A stretch of DNA of 64,000 nucleotides from Patellaria atrata CBS 101060 (Eukaryota): the NCBI GenBank assembly GCA_010093705.1, contig MU006109.1, forward strand, positions 62,001 through 126,000, in the 5' to 3' direction. Positions 1 to 11,205 of this stretch are shown here, piece after piece; position 1 is the stretch's first letter; each line of letters opens with the position of its first letter. The notes under the pieces were generated by a model. It did not search any database. It was not told the DNA's origin and was given only the letters and a program-made list of their open reading frames with translations. A program made the translations under genes and the position numbers.

Positions 1-1
1 C

Positions 2-349
2 TACAAGAATCTGCATTCGCAAACATACACCGCACAAAAAGGATTCTGCGAGGATTTGACAGAGGGGAAGTTCTCTTTCCCGGTCATACACTCCATCCGC
101 ACGGATCCACAGAACCAAGTCCTCATCAACATCTTAAAGCAAAAGACTGAAGATATTGAAGTCAAAAAGTATGCAATAAGTTATATGGAAAAGACAGAGA
201 GCTTCGACTATACCAAGAAGGTATTAGTACAGCTGAGAACGAAAGCATTGGAACAAGTAGCAACCCTAGAGGAAGCAGTTGGCGGAGAGCGAGGTGCCAA
301 AGGTGCTCAAGCTTTGAGGGCATACCTAGAGGAGATGAAAGTTGCTTGA
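2..349 (+). CDS. BTS1: Geranylgeranyl diphosphate synthase, 3' end (5' part outside window)
   Basis: Frame open from base 2: YKNLHSQTYTAQKGFCEDLTEGKFSFPVIHSI...LINILKQKT, matching the KGxxEDLTEGKFSFP motif of fungal GGPP synthases; stop TGA at 347-349. Confidence 0.9.
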   Translation, partial: YKNLHSQTYTAQKGFCEDLTEGKFSFPVIHSIRTDPQNQVLINILKQKTEDIEVKKYAISYMEKTESFDYTKKVLVQLRTKALEQVATLEEAVGGERGAKGAQALRAYLEEMKVA

Positions 350-708
350 GTATGAGATGTTGCTTTGGAAGTAGTACTTGCATTTCCGAGGGGATATCAG
401 CGTGACACGATTGAATTTAGCGTGTGCCTTACCTTGGGTTGTATAATACCAGAGCTGTACAATCGATCAAATGGTTCATTTTCTGATTATATCACTTTTA
501 GAGTACTATGCTGTTTTAGCGCTGATAATGTCTATTACTCTGCCAGTCGTGCCCTGACCAGAACATATTACTCGTACAAGCTGTACAAGCCACATGTTCA
601 TATTTGACATTCATTGTACAGAATATGTACAGTATTTGAAGAGGAGAGGTTTGAGGATAGGGTCCTACTGTGGCTGCGTTTGGGATAAAGTATTTCATCA
701 ACTGAAAA

Positions 709-1758
709 TCACAGTTTACTCCTACCTTTCTCTTCTGCGTTTTGCTGCCGCTTATCCCTATTCTCTTGGGCCATGCGCAAGAGAGCATATAAAGTTTGCA
801 ACCTCGGCATCTCAATCCCCTTTTCCCTTGCCATTCGAATTGGATTCCCCATAATTACTTCCAACTCCATCCGCGCCCCCTTTTCCCAGTCAAACCACAT
901 GCTTGGCCGACTGCCGCTCGTGTTCTTCCGTGTAGACGCGAGAATCCTCTCTGGGGTTGCAAATTCGGCTGGAAGCGGTTGCCCTAGTACTTTCGGCGCT
1001 GTAGCCAAAACTTCTTCCATGACACCATTCAGGTGTATGGCCAATTCTGTGTCTAAAGACATTGCGTTATTAGACGATCCGCCACTAAGTACAGATGAGG
1101 GGTTCATAGATGCATTGATGGCTATCTTATGCCACCTCACCATCTGTAGCTTCCCGTGGGTGTACGCTTCCGCATCCTTAACACCCCCTTCTTGTAACAA
1201 TGCAACAAATTCCGCGTTTTGTTTCTCCGCCTCTCTATCACTGTCTTTCGTTCCCTCTTCCCCGCTATCTAAATGTGGTAAATACGGTCCTATGCTTATC
1301 CTCGTCCAGCGATTATGTGCAATCTTTCCATGCTCCGGTTGCGCCGCGCTCACGACCGTTACCGCGCTTAAAACTAATGTATCGGGAAACCGAACAACGT
1401 ACGGTGCTTCGATCCCCAGCCCGTTTTGGATCAGGACCACCACCGTCCGCGACCTGACCAACCCAGCCAAGATTGCGGAGTCATCACTCACGTCCGGCAG
1501 GGCCTTCGTCGACACGACGATGTAGTCCCACTCGATGTTCGCACCTCTCGCTTCATCTGGATTCGCAAAGACACGTGCGGGTTTGAAGATGTAGGAGCCG
1601 TATTGGGGAGATGTGACGTGGAAGCCAGATGCTTTGACAGCAGAGTAGTTGGAGCGGCAGATGACAGAGACAGAGGTGAAGGCGGCGAGGGCGAGACGAG
1701 AGGCGTAAAATGCACCTACGGCGCCAGCGCCGACGATGAGGATGTTAGTTCTGGACAT
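709..1758 (-). CDS. 2-dehydropantoate 2-reductase (ApbA/PanE family)
   Basis: 349-aa intronless ORF with Rossmann motif ILIVGAGAVG, VVSTKA, LIQNGLGIE, WHKIAINASMNP, RPSM and MELE. Confidence 0.92.
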   Translation of the reverse strand: MSRTNILIVGAGAVGAFYASRLALAAFTSVSVICRSNYSAVKASGFHVTSPQYGSYIFKPARVFANPDEARGANIEWDYIVVSTKALPDVSDDSAILAGLVRSRTVVVLIQNGLGIEAPYVVRFPDTLVLSAVTVVSAAQPEHGKIAHNRWTRISIGPYLPHLDSGEEGTKDSDREAEKQNAEFVALLQEGGVKDAEAYTHGKLQMVRWHKIAINASMNPSSVLSGGSSNNAMSLDTELAIHLNGVMEEVLATAPKVLGQPLPAEFATPERILASTRKNTSGSRPSMWFDWEKGARMELEVIMGNPIRMAREKGIEMPRLQTLYALLRMAQENRDKRQQNAEEKGRSKL

Positions 1759-2772
1759 TGGGGGTGTAAATGGGGGAGCATGATGATGGCGGGTTGTTGG
1801 GTTAAAGTGAAGATCTGTTGCGGGATGCCGAATGGCGTCACACCGAGTGGAGGTCCGCGTTCGCTGACTAATCAGATGATACTGTTCTGGTTGCTCAAGG
1901 GAGTTGGGTATGCCACTTCAACTACTTCTCTACTAAGAATATCGGCTTTCTTCTATCTATGACATTAGAACTCCTGGCGGGGTTTTTACTCTCTATCGTA
2001 TTCTTTCTCTCCAGCGTCAGGAGTATCATCCACCCGACTTGTACTCGTCCCTGTGCTGTTCTGTGAGTACTGGAAGGGACATCAGACTGCAGCAACGTAC
2101 AAGTGATTAAGCGTACCTAAAGCATAATGATGTACTGTACAGCTAGAACACTGCTATTCTTACCACGTAGGGAAATGTTCCAAAGTCTCCACAGCCACAT
2201 ATGTGCATATGGATTCGATTGTGAGTAGTTGTTGGGAGTCAGGGGGTTTGTCCCATCTAATATGATTCTCCTGATACCTCATAATTTGTGGCTGAGTAGG
2301 TATCCAAAGCTACAGCATCTTACCTTACCCCACCTCGATACCTTAAATGTCCCGTTAGACCAGATACATACCTTAAGGTAATACTATGGTAAGACAATAC
2401 GCAGAGTGCTGACGGAGGAAGGGAGGTGGGCAGTGTAGGGAAGAGTACAGTAAGGTACCGTATACCCTCCCGTTCCAGCCCAAATGTACTGGTAAGGTGG
2501 CCAAAGTGGCGCTGATTATTGTATATATCTTAATTATGTAGAGAGGCTGAGTCGAATTAGCTCCGTGGGTCATAACAATGAAACTGTGACAAGTCAGCTC
2601 GGCCTAGTTCTAGTTCAAGCTTCTCAGCCTTTTGGAGTCAGCCTTCGTTTATACAAACTACCTACTTCCTCTACCTTTTGCCATCTATTTTTCTCTTCAT
2701 CTCGACTTGAACACTACTGATCGTGAATATCGAAAACCGAAGATAGTGGAAAGTTTACCAGCTGAAAATACG

Positions 2773-5173
2773 ATGGGAGTATGTTCCATCCATTCTTCTT
2801 TTTGCCCCTCCATCACTTCTAGATGATAGACAACCCCTCCATACACCAGATACCTCAAGGTAATGGGATAGACGTCATGCATACTAACATCCAACTTCTC
2901 TCAATCAGTTTGCTTCGAAATTGAACGCTGCAGGAGCCGGTGCAGGAGCCGGTGCAGGTGCAGGTGCAGGTGCATATCCTCCATATCCGGCTCAAGGAAG
3001 TCAGCCTGGACAGCAACAAGGCGCACCTCAGGTGAGAACTACCTTCCGTTACGCTTCTATTATCACAAGGTACCTTTCTGTTTGTTCTTGCTTGGGCACT
3101 AACGGCAATATCAGTACCAGGCCTATTCTGGCGGACCCGGTGCACCTGGTGGTTATCCTGTAAGTCATTGCTTAGTCTCTTAGCCTTTAATATCCGCTTT
3201 GTCTCTCAATCTTTCGTCACCTTTCGCTTGGCCATTGCATCAAGTTTGGCCGATACCCTATCCTTCTCATATGCTACCGCATTGGACATACACACATCAA
3301 AAGAACGGTTTGGAACAATCCTACAGTCAGTTCCGATGTATCCTGGACCACCTCGACCTCCACAGTCGCACTCGCCCTATCCTCAATCTCCCAATGGAGC
3401 TCCACCATCTGGCCCTCCCCATGGTTTAGGATACGACCAGAATCAATACGGTCAACAACTCCATCACGGGCAGACGTCGTATGGCCAGGCTCCACCGCCG
3501 CTTCCAGCTCGTTCTCCGTACCCACCACAATACAACGCATACCAACCGCCCACCGCAGCACCGCCACAATCATACCAGCAGGGATCAGCCTATGGATACG
3601 TCCGTTACAGCTCTACTACTATTGATTGCACATGTTATCTATGCAACATGGAAGCTGACGTTATATTTCTTTGTAGGGACAACAACAGCAAGGCGGCTAT
3701 CCACCCCAAGGTGGTTCCCAACCCCCATACGGAGCTCAGCAACAGTATGGAGGGCCCCAAGGTGCCTCTGCTGATGCTGGGGCGTATAGGCGTGTCTTGG
3801 AGACATGTATTCAAGAGAATAAACTGCAGAATTTCTATCCTCCAAACTCCCCAGCCATAGATCAGATTGCAAACCGCGCTGCTGGACAGGTTCCCCAACT
3901 TTGTCAGCGCTGGAACCTTCCCCGTGAAATCGGTCAGGATGTTGCCAAACTGGGGCTTTTTGATGTTTGGATCTACATTGGTAAGGCGAACGTATCTTTA
4001 GCAGTCGTAAGTTTCCGAAACAGACAACTGACTGGGTATAGATGACAGTGGTTCCATGTCGTTTAGCCAGAATGGAAAACGCATCAAGCAGCTTAAGGAG
4101 ATCCTGCAAAGAGTAGCATATGCAGCAACATTGTTTGACGAAGACGGTGTCAACGTCAGATTCATGAATACTCCACGCCGGGAGAGGCCACCGAGGTTTC
4201 CATTAGTCCTTGATGGTATCAAGTCTGATCAGCAAATCGAGCAATTAATTTCGGGAGTGGATTTCACGGGTGTAACACCCATGGGCGAAAAGCTTCTCGA
4301 AAGGATCATTGAGCCGACCCTCGCTTCGGCTCGTAACGGTCAAATGAGGAAACCCGTTCTCATTATCGCCATCACTGATGGTGCTCCTACTGACTCGCAG
4401 CCTCATCATCATGTCCGCAATGTTATCAACCGCGCAGTTTCAGAGATGGGAAGAACACGTTACGGTCCGACCGGAATCCGATTCCAATTTGCTCAGGTCG
4501 GCGATGATGAAGAGGCTCGCGCGTTTCTAAACGGACTCGATAGCGATTCGAGCCTCGGTGATGCAGTGGATTGCACATCGGGTGAATACTCCAATCAAAT
4601 CGACGTACGAATAATTAACTGACGTCAATAGACTTTGAAAACGAAGCGGAACAGATGTTGAAGCTCAACCCTCCAACGCACCTTACTGTAGAGCTTTGGG
4701 TATGACAACCCGATCACGTCTTTATAGAAAACTAACAGCAACTGTAGAACGTCAAACTCCTTCTTGGGTCCATCGATAAATCATATGATCTTAAAGACGA
4801 AGCGGTCAATCCTGGCAGTCAGCAGGGATACCCTCCGCAGCCTTCTTATGGTCAGCAACAAGGATACGGTCAACCACCACAACAAGGCCAAGCTTATGGA
4901 CAACAACCGAGTTACGGCCAACAGCCAGCTTATGGACAGCAGCCAAGTTATGGGCAACAGCAAAACTACGGTCAACAACCGAGCTACGGACAGCAACAGG
5001 GCTATGGCCAGCAACCCAACTATGGCCAGCAACCGGGCTACGGACAGCAACCGAATTACGGAGGACAACAGGGTTATGGACAGCAGCAGGGTTACGGGCA
5101 GCAGCAGCAGCAGCCAGGCTATGGCCATCCTCCCAATAACCAGCAACAGGGATATGGCGGTCCAAGATATTGA
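2773..5173 (+). CDS. von Willebrand A (VWA) domain protein with Q/P/G/Y-rich N- and C-terminal low-complexity regions (RfeF-like)
   Basis: Manual splicing: ATGGGA|GTATGT intron 2779-2908 gives [13 protein letters not shown]...; about 7 introns in total; MIDAS motif IDDSGSM across the intron at about 3981-4040, plus IIAITDG and FQFAQVG; last exon [14 protein letters not shown]...YGQQ repeats ending at TGA 5171-5173. Confidence 0.8.
4845..5125 (+). repeat. Coding 18-bp degenerate tandem repeat encoding x-Y-G-Q-Q-(P/Q) hexapeptides
   Basis: Recurrent TAYGGNCARCAR units, e.g. [42 protein letters not shown]. Confidence 0.9.
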
Positions 5174-5551
5174 TTCTAGTACCAGGTGCTGGAATCCATA
5201 CGGGTAGAGTTTTACACAGCTGTTGGAGTATACTCTCTAGGTGGACAACCTACCAACTCAGAGACTCCGGCAACTTGGCCTCATTCCTAAGGCCTTCTTT
5301 TTGACAGAGCTTCGGCTCCCTATTTTTCCATATTTAGTGTTGAAACTGTCCCTTTCCGACTGGTTAGAGGATTGATGAAAAGTTTGCTGTTCGGTTCCAA
5401 AGAGCATGCTCTATAAAATAGGGATTATGAAACTCTTTCCCGCGATTTGTTCTGCCGCGTGTTTCCCGCTGTGATAAATGCTTCCTGCTTCTTCACTAGG
5501 AGTACAACCGTGATCCAGCGCTCTACTTCGCCCCTAACGACATAGCTTACC

Positions 5552-6976
5552 TCACGGCAACAGCTGCTCGAAACCTGTCGCTGATCTGGAGCAGCCATAA
5601 CACAAAGAAGACCCCTGTTTATCATCCTCCAACCCATTCCAATTCCCATTCCCATTCCCATTCCCATTCCCATTCCCATTCCCATTCCCATTCCCATTCC
5701 CATTCCCATTCCCATTTCCATTTCCATCGCCATCATCTCGCGATCCCATGACCGCCTGATCACCACCCCAGCCGAGAATCCCGAAACCACCCGCAGGAAC
5801 CGGCATGCGGCAGAGCCTACACCGACGCGGGCCATCAGATCCCTCATCGTTAGAAGACGTTTGGGGCGCCACGAGCCGACTCGCCGTCTTGACGACGTTC
5901 GTGACGATGTTCGGATAGCTCGCTTCCACGTCAGTGAAAAAGCGAGTCACTAATTCGTCGATCGTCGTTGTCTTTGCGCTTGCAGGTGTCGGGACGGTTT
6001 TGCCATTGTTCTCGTGTGTCATACTGGAGGGTAGACATAACGATGCTAGGGATGATGGGAGCACTGCGGTGGCGTATGTCTCAAGTTCTTGCTTGAGAAG
6101 GTCTCGGCAGGGGAAGTGCTGTGAAAGCCCCGAAAGGTGGGTGGGTCCTTCGGCGAGAAGGTGGCCGAGGGTGTGACCTCGGCCTTTGGCGCAGGTGGAG
6201 AGGGTTAAGGATGCCAGACTTGTGCTTGTGCTTGAGAGGAGAAGGGTGGATGCGTTGAGACTGAGTGCGGTGTGGTAGAGGAGGGATGTGCGGAGTTGCA
6301 GCAGGACATCTGCCCGCGAGGTTGGTGATAGGGGGTTCAGGAGGTTTGTGAGCTGGGCGAGTGGGGTTGCACGGGAAGATGAGGCGGAAACGGGGGAAGG
6401 ATTTAAGGCGTCATTATGGGATGATGAGATAGAGAGAGAAGATAGGGTTTCGGTTAAGATAGAGTCCGAAGGTTGATCGTAGACGGCTTCTAGCGGAATT
6501 AGATGGTAGTTGTGTAACGGGTAATGTTGCTTCAGTAGCTGGAGTTTCGTGGTTGGAGATGGAGAGGAAGCCTCAGGTGGATTTTGGGACGCAGCTGTCG
6601 TATCGATATGCACGATTTCAAGTTCGTAATCGGCATTACCAGGTCGTCCTCTTTGCCGTTGCAATCTGGCATCAAGAATATGGAGTAGGGAAAGCGAGGA
6701 GGCACCGAAAGAGACCGGAAGGAGATATTTCCTTGGCGATTTCTTGGAGGAGTGTCGCGGACGAAAAGTTTCGAGACGTTTGATAATTTTACTGTTTATA
6801 TACTTGATAAAGCAATCACTTATAAGGGTGTAAGATACTAGATATAGAATGTTTAGGAGAGATTCTTACTCGCACAGTGGCTCGGTACGGACCACCATGG
6901 TCGCCTGAACGATTTGACATCTTCTACATATGGAGCTCAGACTATCTGAACGTCCGTTAACAGCTGTTCCTGGCAT
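5552..6976 (-). CDS. NCS2: Cytoplasmic tRNA 2-thiolation protein 2
   Basis: Exon 1 MPGTAVNG...CRRCQ...RTEPLC, one intron at about 6821-6869, then DCFIKY...[17 protein letters not shown]; later [24 protein letters not shown] and C-terminal LCYGC. Confidence 0.88.
5633..5726. repeat. (TTCCCA)n hexanucleotide microsatellite encoding poly-(GN) in NCS2
   Basis: About 15 consecutive, mostly perfect CCCATT units, in frame on the minus strand. Confidence 0.95.
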
Positions 6977-7281
6977 TTTTGGATCCTGATAGCGAATGAA
7001 TGGAGGTTGAAAGAATATTGATTAAGATATACTTGATATACGTATTGCCGAACTTTACCCGGGGTTGTGTTCTACCTAGTCGGGGTACGCGGTGTTTCTG
7101 AACTTTCGATTAGGAGCTTGATAGACGACAAATTCAGTAGGAAACGTTTCATCTTTTATCTTGATATCATTCCGGCGTCATATGGAAAACGACTAGCCCT
7201 CCGAGTGATATCCTAAAGCCCCGTGAAGAACGTCTGAACAACCGCAACAGGAAACCTTCTACCTAGCCCGTTAGGGGCATC

Positions 7282-9092
7282 ATGAAAAGATGGGCGCATA
7301 TTCTATGGCTGCTTCTAGCTTCAGCATTAGCAGTGCAAGCGATCGAAATACAATTGGTACACCACCTGTTTCCTCCGAAATTTTGTCTTACTGATACCGG
7401 CTCAGGATCAAAGTGAGGAGAACCGTCAGCGATGCTCCGGCATGTATAGCAGGAAATCATGGGGTGGAAGTGTAGACCCTTTTATATTGGTGACATTTCA
7501 GAAACAAGAAGGACAATCTGGAGATCCAAACAAAATGGTCAGCTTGATCATGTTTGAATGGCAGGATGAGCATCTCCTTGGGAAGATTGTAAATGAGGAT
7601 GAACCATTCAAAGTACGAATCTGTCCCCTCTTGGATCATACTCTCTATACTAATACCCAATCAGAAAGAGTATATCTGTGATGACGATGCTATCAATCTC
7701 AATCTCTGTAATGCAACAACCCGAGGGCAATGGATACTTGCGGAGAACGCTGAGGAGGTATCCAAGAACATCATCGAAACCGACGCTATCGACCTCACGC
7801 AACCCAAACCAGTCAACTACGAAATCCTACGGACCGGCTACTACTGCGTTGGAACATATGCACCAGACGGTGTAGAATACAAAGTTGTTGTTGAATTCAG
7901 GGAAGCGTATGGCGAGCTGCCAGCGGCTCAAATTGCGAAATTACCTTTCTATGGAGGAATTACTATCATGTATGCGCTCGTCGGTATATTCTGGGCCTTC
8001 CTTTACGTGCAACATCGGCACGACATTCTACCGGTTCAGAACTACATTACGGCTATCATTGGCTTCCTCGTGGTCGAAATGCTTATGACTTGGCTATTCT
8101 ACGACTATCAGAATCGACACGGCGCGAACATCGGTAGCAAAGTGCTTATGATTGTCGTTGCTATTCTAAATGCTTTCCGCAACTCCTTCTCCTTTTTCTT
8201 GCTTCTTATTGTTTGCATGGGTTATGGTGTTGTCAAACCGTCGTTAGGCAAGACTATGATATATGTCCGCTGGTTGGCTGCCGCACACTTCGTTTTCGGT
8301 GTCGTCTACGCTGTGGCAAGCTTGACTGTCCGTCCTGAAGACGCCGGACCTATCGTTTTGCTTGTCATTTTACCCCTATCTGGGACTCTTACTGCGTTTT
8401 ACATATGGACTCTCAACTCGTTGAGTATGACCATGAAGGATCTCTTTGACCGCAAACAACATGTTAAAGGCATGATGTACAAGAGACTTTGGTGGTGTAT
8501 CCTTGGTAGCATCCTTGTCATCTTTGCCTTTTTCTTCTTCAACTCCTTTTCCTTTGCTGGTGTAGGAGATCCAGATTTTGCACCAACACATTGGCAGACG
8601 AGGTGGTTCGTGTTGGATGGGTGGTTGAATCTCGTCTATTTCGCGGATGTGTGTTTTGTTGCTTACTTGTGGAGACCGACGGCTAATAATAGGAGATTTG
8701 CGATGAGTGATGAGGTATGTCTGATTGGTTTCTTCTGTAAGAGGTAACTTGACTAATGATTCGTCTAGATTGCGCAAGATGATGAAGGGTTTGAAATTGC
8801 ATCCCTCCGCGATTCGATTTCAGATGACGATATCAATACTCCTCCCTCCACCGCACCACCCGCTTACGACGCACCCCGCTCGCAGTATAATCCTGTCGCG
8901 ACATCGTCCGCTCAAAACAGAGACCAATCTCCGCTACCAGCTCCGAAACCTCAGAAGCCCACCCCTCTACCTAGGGAGAGCTTGGATGAGAACACCATTT
9001 TTGCGGTAGGTGAAGGTGATCGGTGGAGTGATGACGAGGACGACGAGTTTGAGAAAGGGGAGCGGGAGGGACTGACTGGTAAAGGGTCATAG
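7282..9092 (+). CDS. PTM1: PTM1-like GOST / lung seven-transmembrane Golgi protein
   Basis: Signal peptide MKRWAHILWLLLASALAVQA; three GT-AG introns (about 7356-7405, 7613-7663, 8715-8768); motifs CSGMYS, TGYYCV, GELPAAQI, ILPVQNYI, VCMGYGVVKP, LWRPTANNRRFAMSDE|IAQDDEG; stop TAG 9090-9092. Confidence 0.88.
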
Positions 9093-9628
9093 GAAAGAAT
9101 ACCATGTGGGGCTCGGCAATATTTAGATACTGTCTGAGGCAGTGAATGTGGAGGTGTAGATTTATACCATGCATGGGAGGCGTAGTCTTTTACTATCATC
9201 ATTTGACTTTCATGTGCCTTGTTACTCGCGACCTCAGTTCATCCCTGTTGAAATCATTGGTCGTGGTGATGGCTCGTTGATAGGCCAATGTTCCTTCGAG
9301 ATCCACTGGCATGACCGCCTATTTCTGATAACGAGATTTTCGTATCGCGCTTTTTCAGGGTGTATCGCTTCCAACGTCGAGATATTGCGAATACTATGGT
9401 ACATATGCATCTGCTTTACAGTCTCAAGATCCACAGGCTACCTCAAAATATGCGTTCACGATGTGGTCAAGCCTTGAAGTTGCCGTATTTGAAAAGCCAT
9501 CCGGCATCTCTGCTGCCCAAGCCGGCAAGACGCCAACAGCGATGAGTAATCGCTTAGCACTAGCGCCGTATTGCGAATATATCTTTCCGTCTCGCCGCAA
9601 CTTATTTCTCCTTTCTTTTTTCTTCTTT

Positions 9629-9889
9629 AGCTCTCTTTGCCTTTTGGTAAGCCCACCCCTACATCCCTCCCAGCTCGCTATATCTTCCTGAACCTTATAC
9701 TAATTAACCTTTTCTCAACAGGCTTAGATCAAGTGTAGTATCTGTTCTTCGAAGTTTAATCGCTTCGACACCGCTACGGCGGTACTGACGATTATGCTTA
9801 TTTTTGCAAATCGAGGAGTTGGCGCTGGGCTTGCCTATCTTTCTCCTCACCGTGTCGCTCGTATTTTACTACTTCGAGCTGACGCGAAC
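9629..9889 (+). ncRNA. U2 spliceosomal snRNA, two exons (about 9629-9646 and 9722-9889)
   Basis: Spliced 5' end AGCUCUCUUUGCCUUUUG|GCUUAGAUCAAGUGUAGUAUCUGUUCUU matches the fungal U2 5' region including the branch-recognition GUAGUA. Stem IIa TCGAAG/CTTCGA, stem IIb ACCGC-TACG-GCGGT, Sm site ATTTTTG at 9800-9806, stem III GAGGAG/CTCCTC, stem IV 9851-9886, then a T-tract. Exact termini are approximate. Confidence 0.95.
9647..9721 (+). other. Spliceosomal intron (75 nt) inside the U2 snRNA gene
   Basis: 5' site GTAAGC, branch-like TACTAAT (9698-9704), pyrimidine tract and CAG 3' site; removing it restores the contiguous conserved U2 sequence GCCTTTTGGCTTAGATC. Confidence 0.92.
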
Positions 9890-10166
9890 TTTTTTTTTCT
9901 TTCATTATGCTTCTCAGCCTGGCTGGGTGCATGAGGAAAGAACATGAGTTTGTTTATTTTGATGATTTTATGAATCGTTTTTGGAGTAACCTCTGTCATC
10001 TAGAGTACCTGCGTAGTAGCAAGGACGATTCATTCTACCTTCACTGTTAACGCTATCGATAAGCAAGAATTGGTGATTCGGAGGAACTTGGTGCGAACGC
10101 TATCTACCCCTCATACTTAGCCTCCATCAGTCGAACTGGGCTTAAGCTATAAAACCTATCCCAAAC

Positions 10167-11205
10167 TCAGGTATCCTTAGGAATCAAGTTCCGGAGGGAC
10201 AAATCATATACCACATCCTCGACTTCTTTGACCTGTGAAGCCGTACGTGTTAGTTACTAGTAGCAACCTGACCCCTTTTGATAACTCACCCGATACTTGA
10301 TCCCATCACTCCGACGTCTTAGGGCATCATTCTTCAGATTTAAGATCTGGAAGCCCGCATGTACGTCTTTAATGAACTTGCTTATCTGCAATGGTCGGGT
10401 GTAGTCACCTAAAGTGACCGAGTTTCGTGCAAGACGCGCTAACTCCTCGATCAATGTTATGAGGGCTAGCAGATACTCTTCGAGTGAGAGGTGAAAAGTA
10501 TCTTTGTTCTTGATATTGACAGGAACTGAAGGATATGTCAACATAGTACATACGAGGAGTTTATCAGTCATCATACCTCCTAAGATATTGCCAACCTCTT
10601 CGATAGTGAGAAGACGTCCGGTCTGCCTCGCTTCTGAAGAATTAGTAGATGTGAATCCGCCTAGGAAACCGGAGAGCAGGATCATGTAAGTCTTGAACAG
10701 TTAGTAAGGGATACAAAGTGCCGGAATCGGGAGGCGTTACTAGGTCCTGGATTTGATGAGACCAGACATGGTTATACTTATAGTACGGATGTCGCGACGC
10801 TGCTTCAGCAAGTTCACTGACGGTATCAATCTGGTACCTCAAGGCACCCTCTGCACCCTCAACGACATTGCAGACTAGAAACTTTGAGCCACATAGCAGA
10901 TGATGAGAACCTATGAAGCCTTACGGGAATCCGATGAAGTAGAGTGAGCTTTGGATAGAATAGCTTGGGTCGAACGTCCTAATCTCACTCATCAATAAGA
11001 TAATGGCAGCAGAGGTCGATAAATAGATTCACCTTGTTTTTCAAGGGTTTTGAGGATCTCGCGCAATTCCTAGAAGCTGTCATTGAAAGCTTTCATCTCC
11101 AAGATAAAAACATCGTATTACATCTCTGATCTCTGTATCTTGATCAATGATATCTTGCAATTGCTCAAATATGGCGGGATCTATCATCCCAGTTTGAGAG
11201 GCCAT
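10167..11205 (-). CDS. TSN1: Translin
   Basis: Multi-exon gene from MASQTGMIDPAIFEQLQDIIDQD; motifs YYKYNHVW, FHLSLEEYLLAL, LARNSVTLGDY, GFQILNLKNDALRRRSDGIKY, VEDVVYDLSLRNL; stop TGA on the minus strand at 10167-10169. Confidence 0.92.

Noticed and set aside
773..1525. 250-aa plus-strand ORF, and similar antisense ORFs throughout the window
   Set aside because: Shadow ORFs opposite well-supported genes, with no motifs of their own.
2..1758. Terpene biosynthetic cluster around the GGPP synthase
   Set aside because: No cyclase or P450 downstream and the neighbours are housekeeping genes; the upstream side lies outside the window.
4764..5207. 147-aa ORF with MDSNR-like repeats
   Set aside because: Out-of-frame reading of the YGQQ exon; splice signals support the other frame.
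5425..5847. ORF with a poly-(MG) repeat
   Set aside because: Alternative-frame reading of the NCS2 microsatellite.
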